Shown one piece after another: positions 34,137-42,415 of a DNA stretch of 64,000 nt. The stretch is from assembly GCA_938038445.1 (NCBI GenBank), contig CALHRZ010000019.1, positions 40,649 through 104,648 on the forward strand. The letters run 5' to 3'. The notes under the pieces were generated by a model, which had not been told where the DNA came from, searched no databases, and saw nothing but the letters and a program-made list of their open reading frames with translations. This stretch comes from an uncultured bacterium. Lineage in GTDB: Bacteria > Verrucomicrobiota > Kiritimatiellia > CAIKKV01. How positions within the stretch are numbered: the stretch's first letter is position 1; every line of letters begins with the position of its first letter. The position numbers and the translations under genes were made by a program.

Positions 34137-36134
34137 CTAATAGAGGAGCGGGGCGATCATTTTGGTCAGGATGGTGATGGCGATGGAGACCATGGCGGTC
34201 AATCCCATGCCGCAGGAGAAACCGGCCATGAGCACGGTGGCGTATTTGAGCCACACGTCGCCGATTCGTTTTCGGATGTAGAACCGGCCTACGAGGGCGC
34301 CGCAGAGCTGGAGGATGAGAGCGCCGGGATAGGACTCGCCGAGGCCGCGCACCATACCGAAGATGAGAAGGGTGGGGAGATTAAACAGGGCGAGAAAGGC
34401 GTAGGTGAAAACGCCGGAGACGGTTCCGGTAAAGAACCATCGCCATTTCCACGCTTCCATGAAGAGGGACCCCCCCTCCATTGTTGCGCTGTAGGTGAGG
34501 GAAGCGTTCTTGGCCTGAAGGTCCCACATCATTTGGGCGAAGGGGTAAGCTTCGGAAGGGACGGGCGCCATTTGCCAGAGAACCTGCGAAAAGATGAGGG
34601 AGGCGATGATGATGATGGGGACCACGATGATTTGGGTTTTGATTTGGCTGACGATTTTGGTGCCGCAGAGTTCCATGACGCGGAATTCTTTGGCGGCGAA
34701 GCCGTAGTTTGGAATTGGAGCGGGGGCGAACCAGATGCGGACACCGCGGTAGCCGGAGAGGATGTAGGTGGCTTCGCGGATGAGGGGGATGGTGACGTGC
34801 TGGCCGCAAAGCCCTTCCAGTTTTGCGGAGGCGTAGGAGATGAGGGGGGTATAGACGATCGCGTAAAAGACGAAGAAGGGCCATGGGAAACCGGGGACGA
34901 GAATACAGGAGAGAATGATCCAGAAGGCGCTCGTGAAGAGATAGATGCCGAGCGCGATGAAGATGGAAAAATCGCCGCGTTTGACGTTGTTTGTGACAAG
35001 TCTCCGCCAGGCAGAGGGTTCTGCTTGGAACGGGGCGTTGGAGAGGGAAGCGTGTTGTTTTTCCCGCCGTTTTTTGAGGAGGGTTTCGAAAATCTTCCAG
35101 AAACTGATCAAGGTGACGGCGATGGTGAGACCGACGGAGAATGAAAGGTAGAAGTCCACCGAATTGCTGAAGACCGTATCGATGAACTGCATTTGGGGCG
35201 TCCAGTTGGTCAAGATGCCCCGGGCGTGAAGGAAGGGATTGAGAATCATGGTGAAGAGGACGCCAAAGGCGCCGCCGATTACGGCCCAAAAGGGCATGAC
35301 GGTTCCGAGGAGGAAAGCGCCGAGGTCGAAGGTCAAATTGATGGGGGTAGCGGGGAATACACGGCTGAACTGTTCCGTGAAATCCACCCAGGGGATGGGG
35401 ATAAGGCGGATGGGTTTGGCGAGGAAGGCGCCGGTGACGGCTGGAATCCCGATGTAGAAGAAGCCGAAGACGAGGCCGAGCATCCCCCCGATGGAGAACC
35501 AGCGCCATCGCCAAGGCTGGCGGTTTTCCTTTGATTCGGTCAAGGCCATGATTCCGGAGGCATCTACGGGAGCGAAGGGGAAGGGAAGTTTTTCCACATC
35601 GTTGGTGATGCGGTAGAGGACATAGCCGAGGCCGTAATGGTCGAGCCGATGGATAATGACGGCCAGGGAGGTGAGAAGGATAGGGGGAAGCCACGCCCGG
35701 GTGAAGAAGGTACGTCCAGCCGCTTCGATCTGGTCGGCGGAGGGGGCGAACCAGGGGGGGATGTCCTGGGCGACTCCCATGGCGCGAGCGTATTCGGATT
35801 GGACGTAGTACTGGTTCCAGAGCAGGCCTTGGAAGGGGGAAGCCAGGGTGAGACCGGCCATGTAGTAGAGGACGTACACTTCCTGCATGCGCAATTCTTT
35901 GAGGGAGCGGCGGGCGATTTCCGCGAAGATGATGATGGTGACCCATCGGGCGGCGGCGCCGATATGGGCGCCGCTGCCGGCGAAAAGGGCGAGGTACATG
36001 GAGGCCGGCATCATGACGAACCCGAGGAACAGGGCGCCGATCGCCGTTTTCCAGGTGAAGCCGTCCTCATACGTTTCGGGCGGCAGCATTAGGTTTCGGT
36101 ATCGCTCGAGTTCTCGATCTTCGGCTCGCGACAT
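34137..36134 (-). CDS. 665-aa polytopic membrane protein, paralogue of the 990-aa protein without the coiled-coil insert
   Basis: ATG 36134 with GAGGA upstream; the listed ORF start 36197 overlaps the upstream gene. About 14 TM segments. It shares an N-terminal motif (TWKTAIGALF here, TFRAVFLGALF in the 990-aa protein) and the layout of the C-terminal region with the 990-aa protein; compare GRFYIRKRIGDVWLKYATVLMAGFSCGMG here with LVTRYGGKATYYRARGLFIGLIAGE there. Confidence 0.8.
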   Translation of the reverse strand: MSRAEDRELERYRNLMLPPETYEDGFTWKTAIGALFLGFVMMPASMYLALFAGSGAHIGAAARWVTIIIFAEIARRSLKELRMQEVYVLYYMAGLTLASPFQGLLWNQYYVQSEYARAMGVAQDIPPWFAPSADQIEAAGRTFFTRAWLPPILLTSLAVIIHRLDHYGLGYVLYRITNDVEKLPFPFAPVDASGIMALTESKENRQPWRWRWFSIGGMLGLVFGFFYIGIPAVTGAFLAKPIRLIPIPWVDFTEQFSRVFPATPINLTFDLGAFLLGTVMPFWAVIGGAFGVLFTMILNPFLHARGILTNWTPQMQFIDTVFSNSVDFYLSFSVGLTIAVTLISFWKIFETLLKKRREKQHASLSNAPFQAEPSAWRRLVTNNVKRGDFSIFIALGIYLFTSAFWIILSCILVPGFPWPFFVFYAIVYTPLISYASAKLEGLCGQHVTIPLIREATYILSGYRGVRIWFAPAPIPNYGFAAKEFRVMELCGTKIVSQIKTQIIVVPIIIIASLIFSQVLWQMAPVPSEAYPFAQMMWDLQAKNASLTYSATMEGGSLFMEAWKWRWFFTGTVSGVFTYAFLALFNLPTLLIFGMVRGLGESYPGALILQLCGALVGRFYIRKRIGDVWLKYATVLMAGFSCGMGLTAMVSIAITILTKMIAPLLY

Positions 36135-36156
36135 AGCGGGGGGTCCTCGCTCCGGC

Positions 36157-39100
36157 TCAGGCGAACGATTCTGTGCCTTGTTGGATGTACAGGGCATGTT
36201 GCGCGGCGTCGAGATTCCGCCACTGCATCATGTGTTTCCGCAGTTTTTCAAGAAACGGTTTGTTGGTGCTGATCCAGTTTGTGTCCTGGCCGCTCAGGCG
36301 GTCGGTTTTCATGGTCACGCGGTAGGACTGAACGAGGGGATCGTAGGCGGCTTCAAACCGGGTGCGCTGCGTCACGCCGAGGTCGAAGGGAGCCAACGCG
36401 ATTTCGTAGACCAATCGGTAGAACGGGCGGCCTTCGGCATCGGCACCTTTTTCTTTTCCCACGCAGCGGGCGATGAGGTCGCCCATGGATGCCTCGGTGT
36501 ACTGACTGAGGTATTCTTCGAGATAGCGCATGATTCCGGGGAGGAGGGACTCCTGATAGATGAAGGGGAATACGACTTCCATTCGGTTGCCGTCGGTCGC
36601 GGGCATGGACCATTTGCGTTTGCCGGAGGGAACGGCGGCCTTGGTGGCGACCACGGCAGGGTAAAGGGTGGAGAGCAGGACGACCGCAATGGTGAAGACA
36701 ATGACGTATGCGACAGCGAGCGAGGAGAAATTGAGATTGATGTCGCTGACGAGGCCGAGGCGGTTGAGGCCGAGACTGAGAAACTGACCGATGAGGTACC
36801 CGCCGACGGAGCCGATTACGCCGTACACGAAGGATTCGGCGAGGAAGAAAAGTCCTATGTGGGTGGGATTGAGGCCGACGGCGTTATAGATGGCGATTTC
36901 CCTTTTTCGTTCAAAGACAGACCCCAGCATGGTGTTGAGGATGATGGTGCTGGCGATGAGAAGGGGGATGATGAGCATGGCGAGGCCGCCGATGGAGGTT
37001 CGATAGTTCGAGCCGATGTAGAAAATGCCGGGTTTGTTTTCCCGCCCTTTTCCATGCTCCCCGACAACGAAGGAGCGCCGGCTGCCCATAAAGAACTTTG
37101 CGGCGGTGGCGGTCAAGAGATCATCGACGGCCTCCCAGATGGTCGAATCGTCCCGCAGGCGAATCGACAGACTGTACGGGAGGGCGCCAAGGCGGCGGGC
37201 GGTTTGGGCGGGCATGAGGAGAAGAGCCGAAGTTTCCACATAAAAGACTCCGGATTCGTCCATTTCTTCTTCCGACATGCTGCGACCGGTGTCACCGCTG
37301 TCCGCCATCATTCCGGTGACCTGGCGGACGAGGTCTTTGATGGGGATGAGGGGGCGTTCATTGAGATCCGTGATGGTTCGGAAGCGTTCTTCATCCAGAA
37401 TGCCGATGACCCGATATGGGCGGCCTTGGATGAGGAGACGGGCGGTTCCGATCGTATCGGGTGTGAGGTGAAGGACGCGGGCGAGGCTGGCGGGGACGAT
37501 CACTTCGTTTGCATCGTCATGCGTGAAAAAGCGGCCGGCCACAATCGGCATGGGCTGAAGAAAGCCGTCCTCAGCGGCCATCAGGCCGAGGATTGCTTCG
37601 ATCTGGGCGGAAGCACCTGTTTCTGTTTCGACCCGGAGGGGGACGGCGACGCCGCTGACCTTTTCGGGGAGCCACCAGTGGCGTTCGATGATATCGGCAC
37701 GATGGGCAAACATGGCTCGGATGGCGTTATAGGTGCCGTCGTCCATTCGGGCGTTTCCGGGCCAATGGAAGAGGATGCCGGTGTAAGGGGCTTCGGGACC
37801 TCGGCTGACCAACGTAGGCGCCAGGCGCCTGGAAATGCTGGTGAAGGAAAGCATGGTAAACGTGACGAGCACGATGGTCGCGGTGGTGAGGGCCGTCCGG
37901 ATTCGGCGTTTTTTCATATTGTTCACGCCGATCAGCATGGCCTGTTGACCGACGGTTGAAACCCCCACTTCGGTGTATTCGGAGGCGGACAGGGTTCGGA
38001 CGAGCATTTGCATCTCGCCTTCGAAACGCCCGTGGAGGATGAAAATGACGAAGAGTCCGAGCGCGAGCATCACGAAACCGAGGAAAATCGCTTCGGGATA
38101 CTGGGCGATACGGAAGGCGGGATGGATGAAACGGAAGAGGAAAAACGTTCCGACGAAGAGGGCGGCAAAAAGGCCCATTTCGGCCTCGATCCGAGAGACG
38201 GTGAACAGCATTTTTTCGAGGAAGAAGCAGAAGGGGAGCAACAGGGCCATGTAAAAGAGAACCGCCTTGAGCATGTCGTTGGTTGTTGCGGCGGTTTGTT
38301 CATACGATTTCACGGCGGCGCCGAGCGCAGCGGCCAATTCGCGGAGATAGGCGACATGCTGATGGTTTTTGATGGACTCTTCCGCGCGTTGGGAGGCGTT
38401 TCGTGCCCGGCGGAGGAAGTCTTGAGCGAGTTCATCGGAGACCCCTTTCATCCCGCCGAGGCGGTGCGCGTTGAGGAAGATCATGTCCCGCACGGCATCC
38501 CAGAAAAAGTCGGGGTTCATTTCGCCTTGGCGGAACCCGATGCCTACGGGATTTTCAGGGGAAGCGTTCAGGGCCAGTCGTTTATTGGATGTGATCAACT
38601 TGATGCGTTCGTCGGGGTGGAGGTAGAAAGCGCCTGGGCCCGTGAGATCCATGGGAAGGGATTTGCCGGCGGCATACAAGGAGGCGATTCCCATCATTCC
38701 GAACCGACGGGGGGAAGCGTTTTTGACTCCCGAGAGAAGAAGATAGGGACGGGCGCTGACGTCAATGGACCGGGAGCCGATGAGAGAGGAGTCTTGGAAG
38801 GAATAGACGGGGAATTCTACAGAGGGAAAGAGTGCGAAGCGACGGACGGGCGTTCCACGACTGACTTGGGAAAGGACTTTCGAATGGCTTTCCCCTGCGT
38901 CGATGACATGGTCGACGGAAATCCAATCGGGCGCAAGCCGGTATGCGGTACTGGAGAGCGAGAGTTTTTCGCGGAGTCCATAGAAAATCGCTGAGGCGCG
39001 TTCGTCTGTCAAAGCGGTGTAGATGTTGGGAATTTCGCCGCTGAATCGGCGGGCTTCGGCTGCGTAAAGGATGACCAAACTACCGGGGACGGGAATTTGA

Positions 39101-41163
39101 GGAAGAACCGATGCGGCGAATTCGTCGAACTTATATGTTTTGACTTGTGAGGACCAGAAGGCGAAGTCCTGAGGCGGGCGGGTGAGGTCGGTGGAGCGGG
39201 TGATGGTTGGATCGTCCAGCAGGGCTTTCAGGAATCGTGGGGCGAAGGCCATTATTTCCGCAAGGTTTTCATAGGGGAGGCGGTCGAACCGGTCGGAGGG
39301 GGTAAAAACAGAGCCGAATCCGGCAAAGGGCGTGTTGAGGCTGAAGGCGGGGGTTTGTCCGGCGGCATGGAAAAAGCCTACGGCAGGGGTTGCGGTGCGG
39401 ATAAAATACGGCTCCGGCATTCCTCCGACGAAAGTTAAGGTGTCTTCGAGGAGATTGGGTTTCCCTTCCGTAACGACTTCCGGAAGGGAGCGTGCGACGC
39501 GGACGGCATTGACCCCGAACGCGGGGGCCCACCGGCGTCCGGAGGCGGCGCCGGACTGAGACGAAAAACCGATCCATGGATTGTCGAACGTCAGTTCGAG
39601 CGTCAAAACAAACGGGACGGTATAAGGCTGGGCGGCTTGACGGATTGCCGCGTTTCCAAGGCTGATTTCCAGATCCTGGCGGTCCAGCTCCGCGGCTCGG
39701 CGATTGGTCTGCACAATATCCCGCACATAATGGCGAAGGATCTCGCGTTCCTCCTCGGAGAGGTCGCCGAGGACTGTTTTGACCCCCGCTTTGTTGAAAA
39801 GGGTCAATACGTTGACGAATTTGGCTTGCTGGACGGCCATTTCCGCGAGGCGGGTCTCGATCGCGTGGATTTCTTGGTTCAACCGTTTCGCTTCGGTTTC
39901 GTTTTCCTGATCCCGAAGACGGCGGGCATCCCGGATGAGCCGGTCTTTTTGCTGTTCGAGTCGGGCGCGGTCGCCCTTTAAGCCGTTGACGTCGCGCTTG
40001 GCGCGAGCGACGATTGGTTCTTTTATCGTGATGATCCGGCCGACGGAGTCGTCGGTCAGGGAACGCCACTGAAGGAGCCGTTCGGAATCTTCTGCGTCGC
40101 GGGTCCCGTCGAGAACGAGACGGGAGTAATAATCAACATAAAGTTCCTCGATCCGGAGATCGGCGGCCAAGACGTTGCGGACGGTTTCGATTTCGCCGGG
40201 GGGGGCGAGCAGGTACCAAGCCAATGCGCGTTCGCCGAGGAAGTACTGGGTATGGGCGTTGACGGCGGCGAGCATGATGGAACGGGCCGGCCGATTTTCT
40301 TTGAACGATTCCAAGAGGCGGGTTAAGAGGTAGAGATTTGCGCCGGCGCGAGCACTCTGCCCGAGTCCGGGAACCACATTGTTGCCGTCGATCGGAGCGA
40401 CAAGGAGCGGCATTTCCCGGGCGAGTTGAGGATCGGCACCCGGCAGAATGACCCAGAGAGCGCGGGCGTAGCAACGTTCCCAGCGGGAGGGTTCTGACTC
40501 GATGCGCGCCGTGAGGGTTTTGCCGGAGGCCAGGGCTTCGCGGAGGATGGCGGCCTCGGCGGGTTCGAGGTAATAGCGGGGGACTGCGACCTCCGAATTG
40601 GAGACCTTGGTGGTGGCTTCGCGATGTTCGAGATTTTCCTCGCCGAGGAAGAGGAAACCGCGAAGTCCGAACCTTAACAGGTGTTCCCATGCGGCGCCTG
40701 AATTGAACTCCAGGACGCCGATGCCGTTGTGCAGGGGAATGCCAGAGGCGGCTTGGAGATCGGGAATATCGCCGCGGCCGAGGTAAATAAGGGAGGCGGT
40801 GAAATCGGGCGTTGGAAAGTTGCCGGGGCGCAGCCAGGTAGGGTGCATGGCGTGGAGCGTCAGGCGACGCCCATTGGGGAGGGTCAGAGCCGCAGGGCCG
40901 GGAATAAACCGCATGGCGGGAAAGCGGACGGCTCCATGGGGGAAACCGGTTTCGGCGAACAGGCGTGCGATTTTTTCCTCGAGGGCGGCATTTCCGGGAG
41001 ACCCGACAGAACGATTTTCAAATCCCTGAAAAAAGGCGTTCAAGGATTCCCGGAGGGCGTGAATCGCGTCGGGATCGGTCCAGCGCGGGGTTTTTGGGGC
41101 GGATGCCCAAAGGGCCGACGCCAGAAAACCTGCGGTCCAAAGGGTCCACAGAAACGATTTCAC
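36157..41163 (-). CDS. 1668-aa fusion protein: signal peptide, degenerate M28/PA-like periplasmic domain with coiled coil, 3 TM, MacB-type FtsX permease, 180-aa cytoplasmic tail
   Basis: GTG start with AGGAGA 9 nt upstream. Signal peptide MKSFLWTLWTAGFLASALWASA. M28-like start RSVGSPGNAALEEKIARLF. FtsX TM1 KKRRIRTALTTATIVLVTFTMLSF, then a roughly 230-aa loop and the FtsX core FERKREIAIYNAVGLNP plus 3 TM. Confidence 0.85.
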   Translation of the reverse strand: MKSFLWTLWTAGFLASALWASAPKTPRWTDPDAIHALRESLNAFFQGFENRSVGSPGNAALEEKIARLFAETGFPHGAVRFPAMRFIPGPAALTLPNGRRLTLHAMHPTWLRPGNFPTPDFTASLIYLGRGDIPDLQAASGIPLHNGIGVLEFNSGAAWEHLLRFGLRGFLFLGEENLEHREATTKVSNSEVAVPRYYLEPAEAAILREALASGKTLTARIESEPSRWERCYARALWVILPGADPQLAREMPLLVAPIDGNNVVPGLGQSARAGANLYLLTRLLESFKENRPARSIMLAAVNAHTQYFLGERALAWYLLAPPGEIETVRNVLAADLRIEELYVDYYSRLVLDGTRDAEDSERLLQWRSLTDDSVGRIITIKEPIVARAKRDVNGLKGDRARLEQQKDRLIRDARRLRDQENETEAKRLNQEIHAIETRLAEMAVQQAKFVNVLTLFNKAGVKTVLGDLSEEEREILRHYVRDIVQTNRRAAELDRQDLEISLGNAAIRQAAQPYTVPFVLTLELTFDNPWIGFSSQSGAASGRRWAPAFGVNAVRVARSLPEVVTEGKPNLLEDTLTFVGGMPEPYFIRTATPAVGFFHAAGQTPAFSLNTPFAGFGSVFTPSDRFDRLPYENLAEIMAFAPRFLKALLDDPTITRSTDLTRPPQDFAFWSSQVKTYKFDEFAASVLPQIPVPGSLVILYAAEARRFSGEIPNIYTALTDERASAIFYGLREKLSLSSTAYRLAPDWISVDHVIDAGESHSKVLSQVSRGTPVRRFALFPSVEFPVYSFQDSSLIGSRSIDVSARPYLLLSGVKNASPRRFGMMGIASLYAAGKSLPMDLTGPGAFYLHPDERIKLITSNKRLALNASPENPVGIGFRQGEMNPDFFWDAVRDMIFLNAHRLGGMKGVSDELAQDFLRRARNASQRAEESIKNHQHVAYLRELAAALGAAVKSYEQTAATTNDMLKAVLFYMALLLPFCFFLEKMLFTVSRIEAEMGLFAALFVGTFFLFRFIHPAFRIAQYPEAIFLGFVMLALGLFVIFILHGRFEGEMQMLVRTLSASEYTEVGVSTVGQQAMLIGVNNMKKRRIRTALTTATIVLVTFTMLSFTSISRRLAPTLVSRGPEAPYTGILFHWPGNARMDDGTYNAIRAMFAHRADIIERHWWLPEKVSGVAVPLRVETETGASAQIEAILGLMAAEDGFLQPMPIVAGRFFTHDDANEVIVPASLARVLHLTPDTIGTARLLIQGRPYRVIGILDEERFRTITDLNERPLIPIKDLVRQVTGMMADSGDTGRSMSEEEMDESGVFYVETSALLLMPAQTARRLGALPYSLSIRLRDDSTIWEAVDDLLTATAAKFFMGSRRSFVVGEHGKGRENKPGIFYIGSNYRTSIGGLAMLIIPLLIASTIILNTMLGSVFERKREIAIYNAVGLNPTHIGLFFLAESFVYGVIGSVGGYLIGQFLSLGLNRLGLVSDINLNFSSLAVAYVIVFTIAVVLLSTLYPAVVATKAAVPSGKRKWSMPATDGNRMEVVFPFIYQESLLPGIMRYLEEYLSQYTEASMGDLIARCVGKEKGADAEGRPFYRLVYEIALAPFDLGVTQRTRFEAAYDPLVQSYRVTMKTDRLSGQDTNWISTNKPFLEKLRKHMMQWRNLDAAQHALYIQQGTESFA

Positions 41164-41176
41164 AAGGGCAACTCTC

Positions 41177-41557
41177 CTACGGGATGATGAGGGTAATCAG
41201 TTTGCGTTCCGTCAACTGACGAAGAAAAGCGGCCACCATATATTCCGCCTCTCGCCGGTTGTTGCGGTATCGGGCCACGAAGGCATCCAGAATTTCCCGG
41301 ACACTTCGCTCGCCGTTGATCTGTTCGAAGACGAAAGAACCCAGTTCGTCCAACTGGACGCGTTTTTCGAGGATGGGCGGCATGAATCGGGCGAAGAGCC
41401 CCGGTTTACGGGGCGAGCGGATGACGAGATGAAGAGTACCGTCGGCCTGTCGCTCGATATGGACACCCCCGTTGATCATCGGCCGGGCTTCGAGGGAGCG
41501 GGCCCGGTCGAGGGTTGGGCGGGGGAGGGACGGAGCGGTCGGTCGCAGGAGGCTCAA
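41177..41557 (-). CDS. PqqD-family (RiPP-recognition-element-like) small protein
   Basis: The C-terminal half, VQLDELGSFVFEQINGERSVREILDAFVARYRNNRREAEYMVAAFLRQLTERKLI, matches the PqqD winged-helix pattern (LN..g..iw.l.dG..tv.ei...l...y......a..dv..fl..L...gli). ATGA overlap with the upstream ATPase stop. Confidence 0.78.
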   Translation of the reverse strand: MSLLRPTAPSLPRPTLDRARSLEARPMINGGVHIERQADGTLHLVIRSPRKPGLFARFMPPILEKRVQLDELGSFVFEQINGERSVREILDAFVARYRNNRREAEYMVAAFLRQLTERKLITLIIP

Positions 41558-42354
41558 TGGATATCCTCTCCGATTCCTCCGACGCGGATGTTCAAATTCT
41601 TCCGTGATTCGATCCGGTCAATTTTGCCGTCGCGAATCCAGAGAATTCGATCGGACACGTCGAGCATTTTCATGTCATGGGTTGCGGAAATCACGGTGAC
41701 GTTGTCTTCTTCCTTGAGCTGGCAGAGCAATTCGATCATTTCCCGTCCCGTCTTGACGTCCAGATTGGCCGTAGGCTCGTCGGCCAGGATGATGACCGGG
41801 TTATTGGCGATGGCGCGGGCGACGGCGACGCGCTGTTGCTGCCCGCCGGAGAGTTCGTAGGGCCGGTGAAATATACGGTTGCCGAGTCCGACCCGTTCCA
41901 GAATGCCGGCGGCCTTTTCTCGAGCTTCGTCCTCCGTGAGCCCGGCGAAGATCATGGGGAGCATGACATTTTCGAGGGCGGTAAGAACGGGCAAGATGTT
42001 ATAGGTCTGGAAAATGTAGCCAATTTTATGGCAGCGCATCCACGCCAGTTCGTAGGAGTCGAGCTGCGCCACATCAATTTCATCAATAAAAACCATGCCG
42101 GAGGAGGGGGCGTCAATGCCGCCGATCATATTGAAGAGAGTCGTTTTGCCGGATCCGGACGGGCCCATGATGGAGAGGTATTCACCCCGATAGACGTCGA
42201 GTGTAACGCCGTCGAGAGCCTTGGTGACGGTTTCTCCCGATCCATAGTAACGTTTGACGTTGATGGCACGGATTACGATATCGCGAGGCTGGCTTTGGGT
42301 GTTTTCCGTCAACGGCGGCTCCTGGCTTATATTCGCTGGGAGTAGTGGGATCAA
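41554..42354 (-). CDS. ABC transporter ATP-binding protein, MacB/LolD/FtsE type (copy 1)
   Basis: Walker A GPSGSGKTTLFNMIGG, signature LSGGQQQRVAVARA, Walker B IILADEPTANLD. The listed start 42354 is TTG. An alternative TTG at 42312 has AGGAG 6 nt upstream and would remove the N-terminal 14 aa. Confidence 0.92.
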   Translation of the reverse strand: MIPLLPANISQEPPLTENTQSQPRDIVIRAINVKRYYGSGETVTKALDGVTLDVYRGEYLSIMGPSGSGKTTLFNMIGGIDAPSSGMVFIDEIDVAQLDSYELAWMRCHKIGYIFQTYNILPVLTALENVMLPMIFAGLTEDEAREKAAGILERVGLGNRIFHRPYELSGGQQQRVAVARAIANNPVIILADEPTANLDVKTGREMIELLCQLKEEDNVTVISATHDMKMLDVSDRILWIRDGKIDRIESRKNLNIRVGGIGEDIH

Positions 42355-42415
42355 AGGATATCACAGAGGAAACAAAAGTCAATCCGCGAAGAAAAAAAAC
42401 GCGTGGCTCGAAACG

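Noticed and set aside
35887-37959. 690-aa plus-strand ORF, the second-longest unexplained ORF in the track
   Set aside because: It is antisense to the 3-prime part of the giant FtsX-fusion gene and to the 5-prime end of the 665-aa membrane-protein gene. Its composition is dominated by Gly/Asp/Glu/Ala/His runs (GGEGRPDSAFF..., DGDGDA...). It has no RBS and no recognisable domain, whereas the minus-strand genes have signal peptides, TM helices and FtsX motifs.
42355-42415. Possible terminator after hflX (CGCG-AAGAAAAAAAA-CGCG; T-run on the minus strand) plus a TTGACT...TATCCT promoter for the ABC operon
   Set aside because: The stem is only 4 bp with an 11-nt loop, and the -10 match is poor. 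That is not strong enough to call, so it remains open whether the operon is read through from hflX and the A2M gene or has its own promoter.
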